Assembly (NCBI RefSeq): GCF_002087085.1
Contig: NZ_MWQY01000027.1
Location: 1-48,217, forward strand
DNA: 48,217 nucleotides
Direction: 5' to 3'
Of the stretch, positions 18,610 through 28,542 are shown one piece after another. The translations under genes and the position numbers were made by a program. The first letter of the stretch is position 1; every line of letters begins with the position of its first letter. The notes below the pieces were generated by a model. The model saw only the letters and a program-made list of their open reading frames with translations. It did no database searches and was not told where the DNA came from.

Positions 18610-20448
18610 ATGAAAGAGCGTCTAAAACCTGCAGGCGTATTCTCTATTGTCCTGACCCTGATGTTTGTCGTCCTCCTTTGCGGATGCGGTGAATCGGGGC
18701 TGATGGATATATATGCCGTTTCCAGCGCTGTCCGGCTCAGTACGATACCCGCAGGTTCGGTGATAAATCCCGGAGATCAGATTCCCCTTTCCCTGACAGT
18801 GGATTCAGGTTCCGCATTGCCGGAGATTCTGGGGGTACGGATTTACCGGGACGGGAATTCCCTTGTTTCAACCATGGACCACGAGGTGGAATCCTCGATA
18901 GTACTGGTTGAGACTGATGATCTGGTTCCGGGCTTTTACAGGATCACTGCGTTTTCCGGAATTTCAGAGGATCCTGAAACAGAGCTGGAACTTCCCTTTT
19001 TTATCTCCTCCGGTGCAGGCGGCATACAACGGATAAGTGCTTATCCTTCCACGGTACTTCCCGGGGAGGGGATGGTGTTGTTTGCAGACCTGGCTGAGGC
19101 CCCGGCGGATGATCCGTATATCCGTTGGAAAGCGGGCGGACGGACAATTGGCGCCGGACGCGTGGCCGAGGGAGCCCAGCTGGCAAACTGGCAGGTGCCG
19201 GAAACACCGGGAATCTACCCGGTTACTGCGGAGTACTTTCCCTTTCCTCCCCCGGGAAACGGAGATTTTCCCTTTGCGGGAGCTGAAAAGCGCAGTGAGG
19301 CTTTCGTCTCCACGGAACAGCGCACGCCCCGGGGCGAGCTGGGGCCCGCTGAATCCTACAGTTCCCTGTTCCATTTTCGGGGAACCTTTCAGTCCAACGG
19401 GTTTTCAGTGCTGCCGGATCCCCGTATCCAGGGCAGTCCGGTACTTGCCCTGGAGGATGAAATATTCGGGTACAGCTTCTCGGAAAAGGACGTCCTTGCC
19501 TTCGATACCAGCCTGATTCCCGTCAGGAACGGAAGCCCCGAAGCCTTCGTTCTGGAGATGAAGGGAATCTTTTCCCGGAACGGTCCTATCCTTTCCATCC
19601 GGGACCAGCGTGACGTTCAGGTATTGTCCCTTCAGCGGAGCGATGAGGGTTTTCTCCTGGCGGGGGGCAATTTTCAGATCTCCCTGTCTCTTCCTCCGAG
19701 TTTTACCCTGAGGGAAACCGGTTCGCCACTCTACCTTGCGATTGCTGTCGAGCCCGGATCACCATCGGGACGGCTTCGCTGGTATGTTGACGGGGTGTAC
19801 CAGGGGAGCGCCGTACTGCCCGGTATCCCTGGGTTTTCCGGAACAGGATTCAGTACTCTCATCGGGGGCGGTTTTCACGGACTCCTCGATGAGCTGGGAA
19901 TCCGGAGCCTGGAAGCGGCCCGGGACGGAGGAATTTTCGGCTTCGCCATGCGGGAGCGCTATGGCAGATCTCTGGTGCTGGCTGAAGGATTTGATGCTCC
20001 CTGGCCCGATGAACTTCTTCTGCCGGGAAGCACCGGTCGCGGTGAAGGCAGTGAGGAGAGTGTACTGCTCATTGAAAAAGGCGGAAAGGCGGGTTTTGCT
20101 GTCCCCCTGCAGGGGATAGAAGGAAGGATAATCCTCACCTTTAAGGAGCCGGCGGCCGGGGCCGCAGTACGATTCAGGCTCGGCGGGGAGGAGTCCGACA
20201 CCGCAAACCTGATCACCAGGGCCGACGGAAGGGCGACCCTGTTTATTCTCCGCAGGGAGCGAAACCTTCGCATCAGTCAGAACGAAAATCTCCTTGCCTC
20301 CTTTTCCGCTGATGAAAGCGGTGGGGACCTTCAGCTCTGGATAGAGGCTGCGGATGAATCCCTCCGGCTGGATTCGATTCTGGTGAGCAGGGGGGAGGAG
20401 CGTTTACGCGTGCAGGCCCCCGGAGCGGAGGCTTCTCCTGAGGTCTGA
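18610..20448 (+). CDS. Putative lipoprotein with Ig-like and LamG/ConA-like beta-sandwich domains
   Basis: Lipobox VLLCG-C; LRWYVDG...IGGGFHGLLDELGI resembles the LamG-3 signature. Confidence 0.65.
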   Translation: MKERLKPAGVFSIVLTLMFVVLLCGCGESGLMDIYAVSSAVRLSTIPAGSVINPGDQIPLSLTVDSGSALPEILGVRIYRDGNSLVSTMDHEVESSIVLVETDDLVPGFYRITAFSGISEDPETELELPFFISSGAGGIQRISAYPSTVLPGEGMVLFADLAEAPADDPYIRWKAGGRTIGAGRVAEGAQLANWQVPETPGIYPVTAEYFPFPPPGNGDFPFAGAEKRSEAFVSTEQRTPRGELGPAESYSSLFHFRGTFQSNGFSVLPDPRIQGSPVLALEDEIFGYSFSEKDVLAFDTSLIPVRNGSPEAFVLEMKGIFSRNGPILSIRDQRDVQVLSLQRSDEGFLLAGGNFQISLSLPPSFTLRETGSPLYLAIAVEPGSPSGRLRWYVDGVYQGSAVLPGIPGFSGTGFSTLIGGGFHGLLDELGIRSLEAARDGGIFGFAMRERYGRSLVLAEGFDAPWPDELLLPGSTGRGEGSEESVLLIEKGGKAGFAVPLQGIEGRIILTFKEPAAGAAVRFRLGGEESDTANLITRADGRATLFILRRERNLRISQNENLLASFSADESGGDLQLWIEAADESLRLDSILVSRGEERLRVQAPGAEASPEV

Positions 20449-21211
20449 GTGTTCTGATATAAACAGAAGCCTGATCCTCCTTGCGGTAATATTTCTCTTT
20501 CTGCTGACAAATTCTTCTTTTGCGGCTGAAAAAGAGGGAGAGTCTCCTGTTGTCCTTCAGGTCCGGGAAGCGTCGATTGTTTTTTCTGTTGCCCCGGGTA
20601 TGGATCTGAAACCGGGGGATGAATTAACCGGCACTTCGAAAAACGGGGAGCCGCTGCTTGTAAGGATTACGGAACGGTATCCGGAAGCCGGGATCGCCCG
20701 GATCATCTACGGCAACCCGCAGATTGAGGACGTCCTGGCTGTCCGTCCGGCCCTGGGGCTGGATGTACAGGGATATCTAGGCGGAACAATCACCTTTTCC
20801 GGGACTTTTAAAACAGTTCCGGGTATACGGATTATCGGGATCCGGGGCTTCTCCGGATTGTTCCCCGTCGTCGGGATTGAATTTCCTCTCTCCTCCGCTG
20901 GTCCCGAGGGGGTCCCGCTTTTTCCCTATGCGGGAATGCAGCTGCAGTGGGACATCGGAAGGTTCCAGATACTGCCTTCCGGAGTTCTCGGGTTGGGAAT
21001 TTATCTTCCCCCCGGCGGCGACGGCTCGTATTCCGCGGATTACCTGGGAGGGATCGGCGAGATCGGTATAAGCTGGCTTGTTCACGATTCCTGGAGAATT
21101 CTGCTGGGGCTGGGTTACAGCTCCTGGGTGGGAAGGTCCGGGCTTGAAGAGGACGATCGTTACGGTTATAACGGAATAACCCTGAGAGGGGGATTAGTCT
21201 GGAAGATGTAA
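20438..21211 (+). CDS. Putative exported, outer-membrane beta-barrel-like protein (probable CTG start)
   Basis: The frame is open from 20387. A signal peptide RSLILLAVIFLFLLTNSSFA-AE lies upstream of the first ATG (20600). GGAGG sits 6 nt before CTG 20438. The C-terminal half has amphipathic beta-strands ending GGLVWKM. Confidence 0.7.
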   Translation: MRSECSDINRSLILLAVIFLFLLTNSSFAAEKEGESPVVLQVREASIVFSVAPGMDLKPGDELTGTSKNGEPLLVRITERYPEAGIARIIYGNPQIEDVLAVRPALGLDVQGYLGGTITFSGTFKTVPGIRIIGIRGFSGLFPVVGIEFPLSSAGPEGVPLFPYAGMQLQWDIGRFQILPSGVLGLGIYLPPGGDGSYSADYLGGIGEIGISWLVHDSWRILLGLGYSSWVGRSGLEEDDRYGYNGITLRGGLVWKM

Positions 21212-21252
21212 TACTGTGAGCGCTGCTCGCATCAAGGAGTTCTGAATATACA

Positions 21253-22668
21253 ATGGCGCCTGGAAAATTCGTATCGCGGCAGGTGTTGCCGGTTCTGGCA
21301 ACGGTTTTTATCCTCTCCTGTACAAGCCTTGAGCAAAGTGCTCCACCGATTCCCGGGGAAGAACATACGGCGGTTTCACGAGAAATCCCTGCCCCTCTGG
21401 TCTTTGGACGGGGCCTGGGTGCGACCGGAGAAGAAGCCGTGGATGCTGCCCTGCGGGACGGCGCGCGTAAAGTCGCGGAAGCCCTTCTTGGGCCGGGAGC
21501 TGCCTTGAATAACCAGGACCTCCTGGACCGGCTCTTTTCTTCATCCATTTATACTGTCAGGGAAGCATATTACGGGGACAGCATTGAAATTCTGGGTACC
21601 GAAAAGTCGGCAGAATCTGAGGACACCGGCGCAGTTGTCCGTGGAAGAGTCAATGTTTCCGTCCTCATCAGCAGAATGCGAGAGGCGGGAATCCCGGAAA
21701 ATCTGCTTCCCGAAAATCCTGAATCCGTCGGGCTCGCCGATGAAGCTGTACCCGGGTATGCAGACGCCTACCTTACAGGCAGGGCGGAGCTGCAGAAAAC
21801 TGAACCCGATCCCTTGGTTCAGGGTGTACACGAAACTGCCGCCCTTGATATCGAAGACCTGGGGAGACTTAAGCTCAATGAAACCGAAAAAGAGCGGCTC
21901 GCCAGGTTTCTGAGCAGTCTCAGTTTCATGATACTTTCATCCCCCTCGGGTGAAGAGGACAGTTTCTACAGGCGGGAAGCTGCCTTCGAGTTATCCAGAG
22001 TCCTGAGCCGCTACGGTTATACCTGTCATTATCCCGATCAGGTTGATGGTATTCTTGCCGGACAGCAGGAGACCTACCGTGAAGAAACAGGAGGAGACAT
22101 CCCGCTGCTGCAGTGGACGGCAAAAAAGCTCGGGGCAGATATCTACGCCCAGGTGAATACGCAGACGGATGTACGCCGGGATTCCGGGGGATTTTACGCA
22201 AGTGCTTCCGTCAGAATCGATCTGCTGGATACCCGGAGCTGGGAAAAGGCCGCTTCCATCACCTCCCGGGAGTCGCCCCCCGCCTTCAGCAGCGTCTCGG
22301 AACAGGAAGCCGTCAGTTTCGCCCTGCGGAGTGTAATGCTTGAACTGGCCCCTGATGTTGTCTCTTCAGCCAGAGAGGCCTACAGCGGCACTCTGATAAA
22401 AGGTCTTCCCTACGAACTGATTCTGCTGAGTCCGCCTGAACAGGGAGAATTGAAGCGGTTTCTGGATTTGCTGGAAGATGAAGTCCGCAGAATCCGCAGG
22501 ATCTCCTCTTCTTCTGAAGAAGAGAGGTTCGAATTGAGGTTTCTCGGCAGCCTGGAAGAGCTGGAATCTCTGCTCTACGATGTTGCCGGGAGTATCGATG
22601 GCATGGAGGATTTCTCACCTGCCTATCAACGGGGAAACACTCTCGCTTTTTATACCGGACTCTTCTGA
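21253..22668 (+). CDS. Putative lipoprotein (FlgT-N/LPP20-like N-domain; CsgG/TolB-N-like middle domain)
   Basis: Spirochaetal-type lipobox VFILS-C; GRGLGATGEEAVDAALRDG; AKKLGADIYAQV followed by a beta-hairpin. Domain calls are by eye. Confidence 0.6.
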   Translation: MAPGKFVSRQVLPVLATVFILSCTSLEQSAPPIPGEEHTAVSREIPAPLVFGRGLGATGEEAVDAALRDGARKVAEALLGPGAALNNQDLLDRLFSSSIYTVREAYYGDSIEILGTEKSAESEDTGAVVRGRVNVSVLISRMREAGIPENLLPENPESVGLADEAVPGYADAYLTGRAELQKTEPDPLVQGVHETAALDIEDLGRLKLNETEKERLARFLSSLSFMILSSPSGEEDSFYRREAAFELSRVLSRYGYTCHYPDQVDGILAGQQETYREETGGDIPLLQWTAKKLGADIYAQVNTQTDVRRDSGGFYASASVRIDLLDTRSWEKAASITSRESPPAFSSVSEQEAVSFALRSVMLELAPDVVSSAREAYSGTLIKGLPYELILLSPPEQGELKRFLDLLEDEVRRIRRISSSSEEERFELRFLGSLEELESLLYDVAGSIDGMEDFSPAYQRGNTLAFYTGLF

Positions 22669-22692
22669 TTCCCTGGAATGAGGTAGCCGCCG

Positions 22693-23868
22693 ATGGATCG
22701 CAGGATTACCCGCTGCTGTTTACTTCTGACCATTCTCGTTATCGGTCCTGTCTGGTTTTCAGGATGCGTCTCCTCCCCCGATCCCGGGGCTGCTTCAGCC
22801 TATCGGCCGGATCGCTATGCGTCCGCTGATTCCGTCGAATCCCATACCCTCGCGGGCAAGGATGAGAGCCTTGCTTCCGCTGAAGCGGAAGGTGACCTCC
22901 TCATGGCTGAGGGGCGCCCGTATCAGGCCCTGCGAATATACCTGGAGGCTCTGGGTATCGAAAGGGTCCTGTCTCCGGCTGAAGAAGAGCAGCAGAGGAT
23001 GATTCTGGAAAAGAGCCGCAGAATTGTGGAAAAGATCAGGATCGAGCCCCTGACTGCCGGAATGACGGTAGAGCTGGGGCGGCCTTTTGTCTCCCCCTTC
23101 AGGGCTCAGGTCACCTTCAACGGAAAGGAGACAGGGCTCCCGGGGGTGCGGCTGCTGGTTCGACATAAAATTCCCGGGGCTTCCGCTTCCGGAGGCGAAT
23201 CGGTACTGCGTTATGTATCCGACGGGTCTGGCGCGCTGTCCTACAAACCTTCGGTTCCTTTCTTACCGGGGAACGGTGCTGTCTACATATCCCTTGACCT
23301 TGAGGGGGAACTTGCGCAGATTGACGAGCGGGCTTTTTCCGGATCCGCTGTGGCTGAGGAGTATCGTGCCCTCAGGCGTTCGATCAACTCCGTGCAGGCG
23401 GTTTTTCCCTACCGGGTGGAAGAGACCGGGGACAGGGTACTTGTGGCTGTCCTGGTCTTTGATCGGGACAGTGCAGGAAACCCGACGGGCGGGGGCTTTA
23501 CGGCTTCCGGTTTGGCCGGAGTTTTCGATACCTCCCTTTTCGATGTACGGATTCTCGAGGCGGACAGGGAACGCCCGGATGAGCTTCCCCGGGAGATTGC
23601 CCGGCGATTCGCGGAGAGTCATGGACGTTCCGGCTGGTTAATCCACGGCAATGCCAGGATATCGGAGTACGAGGAAAAAGACGGGCGGGTCTATGTTACC
23701 GTCATCGGTTCTGCCCGGGCTGTTAACCTGGCCTCGGTGGGTCCCGGCCCTGCAACGGGAGAAATGAAAAAATCGGTTATCGGCAGCAATTCCCGGAACA
23801 CCGTATTATCGGCGTACCGGCAGCTGGGAAAAATACTGGGTGCTGAACTGATTAATCAGCTCAGGTAA
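22693..23868 (+). CDS. Putative lipoprotein of unknown function
   Basis: Lipobox WFSG-C; GAGG RBS; short TPR-like helix pair, Ig-like middle and alpha/beta C-terminal domain. Confidence 0.65.
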   Translation: MDRRITRCCLLLTILVIGPVWFSGCVSSPDPGAASAYRPDRYASADSVESHTLAGKDESLASAEAEGDLLMAEGRPYQALRIYLEALGIERVLSPAEEEQQRMILEKSRRIVEKIRIEPLTAGMTVELGRPFVSPFRAQVTFNGKETGLPGVRLLVRHKIPGASASGGESVLRYVSDGSGALSYKPSVPFLPGNGAVYISLDLEGELAQIDERAFSGSAVAEEYRALRRSINSVQAVFPYRVEETGDRVLVAVLVFDRDSAGNPTGGGFTASGLAGVFDTSLFDVRILEADRERPDELPREIARRFAESHGRSGWLIHGNARISEYEEKDGRVYVTVIGSARAVNLASVGPGPATGEMKKSVIGSNSRNTVLSAYRQLGKILGAELINQLR

Positions 23869-24598
23869 AAAGATCCTCAGGACGGTTGGAAATGATTCCC
23901 GTCGCCCCGGCGTCTATGCAGCGTCTGGCTTCCCCGGGGGAATCCACCGTCCAGCAGAGGACAGTTTCCCCGGGACGGACGCTTTTTCCGACCATGTTCG
24001 CGGCGGGTTTGCGGAAATCAGCTCTGCTGTAACGGCATGCCGCAGTAAGAGGCAGCCAGGAGGGCAGGGATCTCCTGTCGTATATGAGTCCCGCCGGGAC
24101 CCGGGGAAGCACCCGTTTTGCCGTGCGGACAATCCGCGGATCAAAGCTCGATACTGCCGCCCTGTACAGGGTTCCGGTTTCTTCCAGCAGTCCCCCCAGA
24201 AGGCGGGGAATTTCCAGGGACTCACGGAAGCGGTAGTACTTGATCTCTATGTCGAAAATGATAGATCCTCCGAAGGCTTCAAGGACCTGTCGCAGGGAAG
24301 GTATGCCGCTGCCGGTATACTGTGCTCCCTTCCAGGCCCCCGCTTCCATGGCCTGAAGTTCCTTCATGGAGAAATCCCCGATGCTTCCCGGCACACCGCA
24401 GATCCGTTCGAGTTTTTCATCATGAAACACCGCCAGTTCGCCGTCGGCGCTGAGCTGCACATCCAGTTCGATGCCGGGAATACCCTCTTTTTTCGCCAGT
24501 TCAAAAGCAGGCATGGTATTTTCCGGTGCACGGTGGGAGCATCCCCGGTGGGCAAACAGAAGAGGTCTGGAAATTTCGGGAAAGAACCTTGTCTTCAT
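23861..24598 (-). CDS. Glycerophosphodiester phosphodiesterase (UgpQ/GlpQ family)
   Basis: FAHRG, PENT, IELDV, VFHD, IEIK, SSFD, WTVD, GIISNRP. Start set at ATG 24598, 7 nt after TATACT. Confidence 0.92.
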   Translation of the reverse strand: MKTRFFPEISRPLLFAHRGCSHRAPENTMPAFELAKKEGIPGIELDVQLSADGELAVFHDEKLERICGVPGSIGDFSMKELQAMEAGAWKGAQYTGSGIPSLRQVLEAFGGSIIFDIEIKYYRFRESLEIPRLLGGLLEETGTLYRAAVSSFDPRIVRTAKRVLPRVPAGLIYDRRSLPSWLPLTAACRYSRADFRKPAANMVGKSVRPGETVLCWTVDSPGEARRCIDAGATGIISNRPEDLFT

Positions 24599-24665
24599 GT
24601 TCCGCAGTATAGAGGATTTTATCCCCTTGCGGGAAGTTCGCCGAAAAGGGTATGCTGTTGCACTT

Positions 24666-26024
24666 ATGAAATCCATCTCCTACGATACCAGTGAACCCAT
24701 AATCGCCCTGGCAAGTGCCTGGGGCGAAAGCGCTGTCGCGGTACTGCGGGCCTCAGGTCATGGCTGTATTCCCCTGCTGGCGGACTGTTTCTCCCGTTCC
24801 GAGGCTCTCCTGAAGGCTCCGAGCCATACCATGGTTCACGGTGTGCTGATCGATCCGGCCACGGGCGATGCAGTGGACGAGGTGGTGTGTGCCGTTTACC
24901 GGGACGGCCGGGGGTACACCGGAGAGGAAGCGGTGGAGATATTCTCCCATGGCAGCATGCCGGGAATCCAGCTCATCCTTGAGACCCTCCGTGCCCGGGG
25001 TTTCCGGGACGCCCGGCCGGGGGAGTTCACCCTCAGGGCCTTTCTCAACGGAAAGATTGATCTTACCCGGGCAGAGGCCGTGGGGGAGATTATCTCCTCC
25101 AGGAGCAGGGCTGCCCACGCCATGGCCCTCCACCGTCTCGAAGGCAGTATCTTTCGCAGGATCGACAGTTTCAAGGAGGGGCTGAAAAAACTTCTGGCTG
25201 TGGTGGAAATTCAGCTGGACTATCCGGAGGATGAGGTTTCCGCGGAAGATCTGATAGCCGAAGACGATATCCTTCAATTAAAGGGGGAGCTCGAAACCCT
25301 GGCAGCTACATTTTCCACCGGACGGCTCTACCAGGAGGGGGCCAGAGTGGCCCTGAGCGGGCGGACCAATGCGGGTAAATCCTCGCTTTTCAATTTGTTT
25401 GTGCGGGAAGATCGCTCCATTGTCTCGGATATTCATGGGACTACCCGGGATTTTGTGCATGAACAGCTGAGTATTCGCGGTATTCCCGTAACCCTCTATG
25501 ATACAGCAGGCCTGCGGCACGGCGAAACAGGCGATACGGTGGAACGGGAAGGAATCCGCCGCAGCGGTCTCGTTACCCGGGAAGCGGACCTGGTTCTGTA
25601 TCTGGTGGACGGGAGTACCGGGGTCCGGACAGGTGAACTTGAGGGGCTTGATCCGGGGAAGACTCTCCTCCTCTGGAATAAGGCCGATATTGCCAATGGC
25701 CCTGCTCCGGAAGGATTTCTTTCCGTCAGTGCGGTAACGGGAGAGGGATTCGCACTGCTTGAGGAGGAGATCTGCCGGAGACTATCCGGTGTAAAGATCG
25801 GAGCCGACGAGGCTGTCATCGATTCCCTCCGTCAGCGGGATCTTCTTGTCCGTTCAGCGGAATCCCTTGCACAGGTTCTTGAGGGGCTGGATGCGGGGAT
25901 GCCCCTGGATGCCGTGACGGTGGACCTGCGGGACGCCATGGATGCTCTGGGAGAGATTACCGGAGAGGTAACAAGCGCAGAGGTCCTGGAGGACATGTTC
26001 TCCAGGTTCTGTGTAGGCAAGTGA
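24666..26024 (+). CDS. mnmE: tRNA modification GTPase
   Basis: YTGE, GEFTLRAFLNGKIDL, GRTNAGKSS, GTTRD, DTAG, NKAD, C-terminal FCVGK. Start set at ATG 24666. Confidence 0.96.
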   Translation: MKSISYDTSEPIIALASAWGESAVAVLRASGHGCIPLLADCFSRSEALLKAPSHTMVHGVLIDPATGDAVDEVVCAVYRDGRGYTGEEAVEIFSHGSMPGIQLILETLRARGFRDARPGEFTLRAFLNGKIDLTRAEAVGEIISSRSRAAHAMALHRLEGSIFRRIDSFKEGLKKLLAVVEIQLDYPEDEVSAEDLIAEDDILQLKGELETLAATFSTGRLYQEGARVALSGRTNAGKSSLFNLFVREDRSIVSDIHGTTRDFVHEQLSIRGIPVTLYDTAGLRHGETGDTVEREGIRRSGLVTREADLVLYLVDGSTGVRTGELEGLDPGKTLLLWNKADIANGPAPEGFLSVSAVTGEGFALLEEEICRRLSGVKIGADEAVIDSLRQRDLLVRSAESLAQVLEGLDAGMPLDAVTVDLRDAMDALGEITGEVTSAEVLEDMFSRFCVGK

Positions 26025-26032
26025 GGAGTCCT

Positions 26033-27895
26033 ATGGACCACGAGATAATTGTTGTCGGCGGGGGACACGCCGGAATTGAAGCTGCCCTGGCCTGCGCCAG
26101 GCTGGGGTTCAGGACCCTTATGATCACCCAGCATCTGGATGCCATCGGAAGGCTCTCCTGTAATCCTGCTGTGGGAGGACTTTCCAAGGGAAACATCGTC
26201 CGGGAGGTGGATGCCCTGGGGGGTGAAATGGGCCTTTTAATCGATGCCAGCATGATTCAGTTCCGCATTCTCAACCGGCGCCGGGGACCTGCGGTACAGG
26301 CCCCAAGGGCCCAGGCCGACAAGTATCTCTACGCCCGGCTGGCAAAGGAACATCTCGAGATGCAGAAGGATCTGGATCTATTCCAGGATACCGTTACCGG
26401 GCTGGTCTACGACGGTCCCGGTACGCCCGTCAGAGGAGTGCTGACCGAAAGGGGACGCCGTTTCGAAGCGAAGGCTGTTGTGCTCACCACCGGAACCTTC
26501 ATGGAAGGGAAGATTTTTATCGGGCCTTACACTGCTTCCGGAGGCCGGCTGGGGGAACCCGCCGCTGTGGGACTGGGGAGCTATCTGCGTTCAGCGGGCT
26601 TCAGCGTCAGCCGGCTGAAAACCGGTACCCCCGCCAGGGTCGCCCGCTCGAGTATCGACTTCAGCAAGGTCGAGGAACAGCCCGGAGACGAGGAAATGCT
26701 TCCCTTTTCCTTCCGCAACGCCTCCGTCTCCAGGCCCTCCGAATCCTGCTATATTACCTATACCAACCGGCGGACCCATGAGCTCATTCAGAAGAACATG
26801 GAGTTCTCGCCCCTCTATTCCGGCAAGATAGTCGGGGTCGGACCCCGGTATTGCCCTTCCATCGAGGACAAGGTGGTACGCTTTCCCGACCGTGAACGGC
26901 ATCAGATATTCATCGAGCCCGAAGGGTACATGAGCGAAGAGATGTATCTGAACGGGATTTCCTCCTCCCTGCCGGAGACGGTTCAGGAGGAATTCCTGCG
27001 TACCCTGCCGGGGCTGGAGAATGTACGGGTAATGCGTCCCGGCTACGCGGTGGAATACGATTTTCTCGATCCCAGGCAGCTTTTTCCGAGCCTGGAAGCC
27101 AAAGCGGCCCCGGGACTCTTTATCGCCGGACAGACCAACGGTACCTCCGGCTACGAGGAGGCGGCCTGCCAGGGACTGGTGGCGGGAATAAACGCGGCCC
27201 GGAAGCTCCAGGGCAGGGAACCGATTGTTCTCTCCCGGGCGGACGCCTATACCGGGGTTCTGATTGACGATCTTGTGACCCTGGGGACCGAAGAACCGTA
27301 CCGGATGTTCACCTCCCGGGCGGAGTACCGCCTGTCTCTGAGGCACGACAATGTGGATCTGCGCCTGGCGGATACGGCGGTGGAAATCGGACTCCTGGGA
27401 CCTGACGCCCTGGAGCGGCTTGAAGAGAAGCGACATGGAATAGACGAGATCAAGGAGCTGCTCCGTAAGAGGCGTCTGGATGAATCCATGCTCACTGCCC
27501 CGGACTCTCCCCTGGCGCAGCATATCGGAAAGAGCCTTTTCGCGCTTATGAAGACCCCCGAAGGGGACCCCGGGCTGCTCCAGTCCATGGAACTGAAGGA
27601 AGCCGGGCGGGGATACTATCCCCGGGAGTGGCTCAGCATCGCCGCCCTGGATATCAAATATGAGGGCTATATCCAGAGACAGGAGCGGCAGGTAGCCCGT
27701 TTTCGGAAGATGGAGAACATCCGGATCCCGGATAGTTTCGATTACGCGGCGGTGGAAGGCATATCCACCGAATCCAGGCAGAAGCTGTTGCAGATCAAGC
27801 CCCTCAGTGTGGGGCAGGCCTCCAGGATTTCCGGGGTCAGAAACAGCGATATTGCCGTGCTGCTGGTATATCTAGGACGGAGAAAAGAACCATAA
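26033..27895 (+). CDS. mnmG: tRNA uridine 5-carboxymethylaminomethyl modification enzyme
   Basis: GGGHAG, SCNPAVGG, RLKTGTP, GPRYCPSIEDK, GQTNGTSGYEEAA, EPYRMFTSRAEYRL; GAGGAG RBS before ATG 26033. Confidence 0.97.
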   Translation: MDHEIIVVGGGHAGIEAALACARLGFRTLMITQHLDAIGRLSCNPAVGGLSKGNIVREVDALGGEMGLLIDASMIQFRILNRRRGPAVQAPRAQADKYLYARLAKEHLEMQKDLDLFQDTVTGLVYDGPGTPVRGVLTERGRRFEAKAVVLTTGTFMEGKIFIGPYTASGGRLGEPAAVGLGSYLRSAGFSVSRLKTGTPARVARSSIDFSKVEEQPGDEEMLPFSFRNASVSRPSESCYITYTNRRTHELIQKNMEFSPLYSGKIVGVGPRYCPSIEDKVVRFPDRERHQIFIEPEGYMSEEMYLNGISSSLPETVQEEFLRTLPGLENVRVMRPGYAVEYDFLDPRQLFPSLEAKAAPGLFIAGQTNGTSGYEEAACQGLVAGINAARKLQGREPIVLSRADAYTGVLIDDLVTLGTEEPYRMFTSRAEYRLSLRHDNVDLRLADTAVEIGLLGPDALERLEEKRHGIDEIKELLRKRRLDESMLTAPDSPLAQHIGKSLFALMKTPEGDPGLLQSMELKEAGRGYYPREWLSIAALDIKYEGYIQRQERQVARFRKMENIRIPDSFDYAAVEGISTESRQKLLQIKPLSVGQASRISGVRNSDIAVLLVYLGRRKEP

Positions 27896-28539
27896 TGGAC
27901 CATAGAGAACTTCTGGCGGAGGGACTTGTTTCCCTGGGTCTCGAATACCGGGAAGAGGAACTTGAGGCTCTGCTCGCGTACATCAGGGAGCTGCTGTTCT
28001 GGAACAGACGTTTTAACCTGATCCGGAGTCAGGAGTCCGAACTGGTTCGCAGGCATATTATCGATGCCCTGGCGGCGGTTCCGATCATACGCCGTTCCGT
28101 GGACCGGAAGGCCCGCTTTGCTGATGTCGGTTCCGGTGCCGGTATCCCCGGAATACCCCTGGCGATCTTTCTTCCCGAGGCGGAGCTGCTGCTTATTGAA
28201 CGTTCGGGAAAACGGGCGGGATTCCTCCGCAGTGCCCTGGTGGCAGCGGGCCTTGCCAGGCGCTCAGAGGTAATTCACAGCGATGTACGCTCCTGCGGGG
28301 TAGAGGCCGATGCGGTGGTCATGCGGGCCTTTAAACCCCTCCCCGAGGCTCTTCCCCTGGTTCTTCCCCTTATGAGACCCGGGGGAAGCCTCTTCGCCTT
28401 TCACGGACGCCGGGAGACGATTCAGAAGGAGCTCGAGGATCCCCTGGTACGGGAATTCCACTGGATCCTCCATTCTCTGCCGCCGGGACCTGAGGGCGAA
28501 GAGCGGCATCTGCTTCAGGGAAGCTACAATTCCACCTGA
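27895..28539 (+). CDS. rsmG: 16S rRNA m7G527 methyltransferase
   Basis: WNRRFNL, RHIIDAL, DVGSGAGIPGIPLAI; canonical position after mnmG. Confidence 0.93.
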   Translation: MDHRELLAEGLVSLGLEYREEELEALLAYIRELLFWNRRFNLIRSQESELVRRHIIDALAAVPIIRRSVDRKARFADVGSGAGIPGIPLAIFLPEAELLLIERSGKRAGFLRSALVAAGLARRSEVIHSDVRSCGVEADAVVMRAFKPLPEALPLVLPLMRPGGSLFAFHGRRETIQKELEDPLVREFHWILHSLPPGPEGEERHLLQGSYNST

Positions 28540-28542
28540 TTT

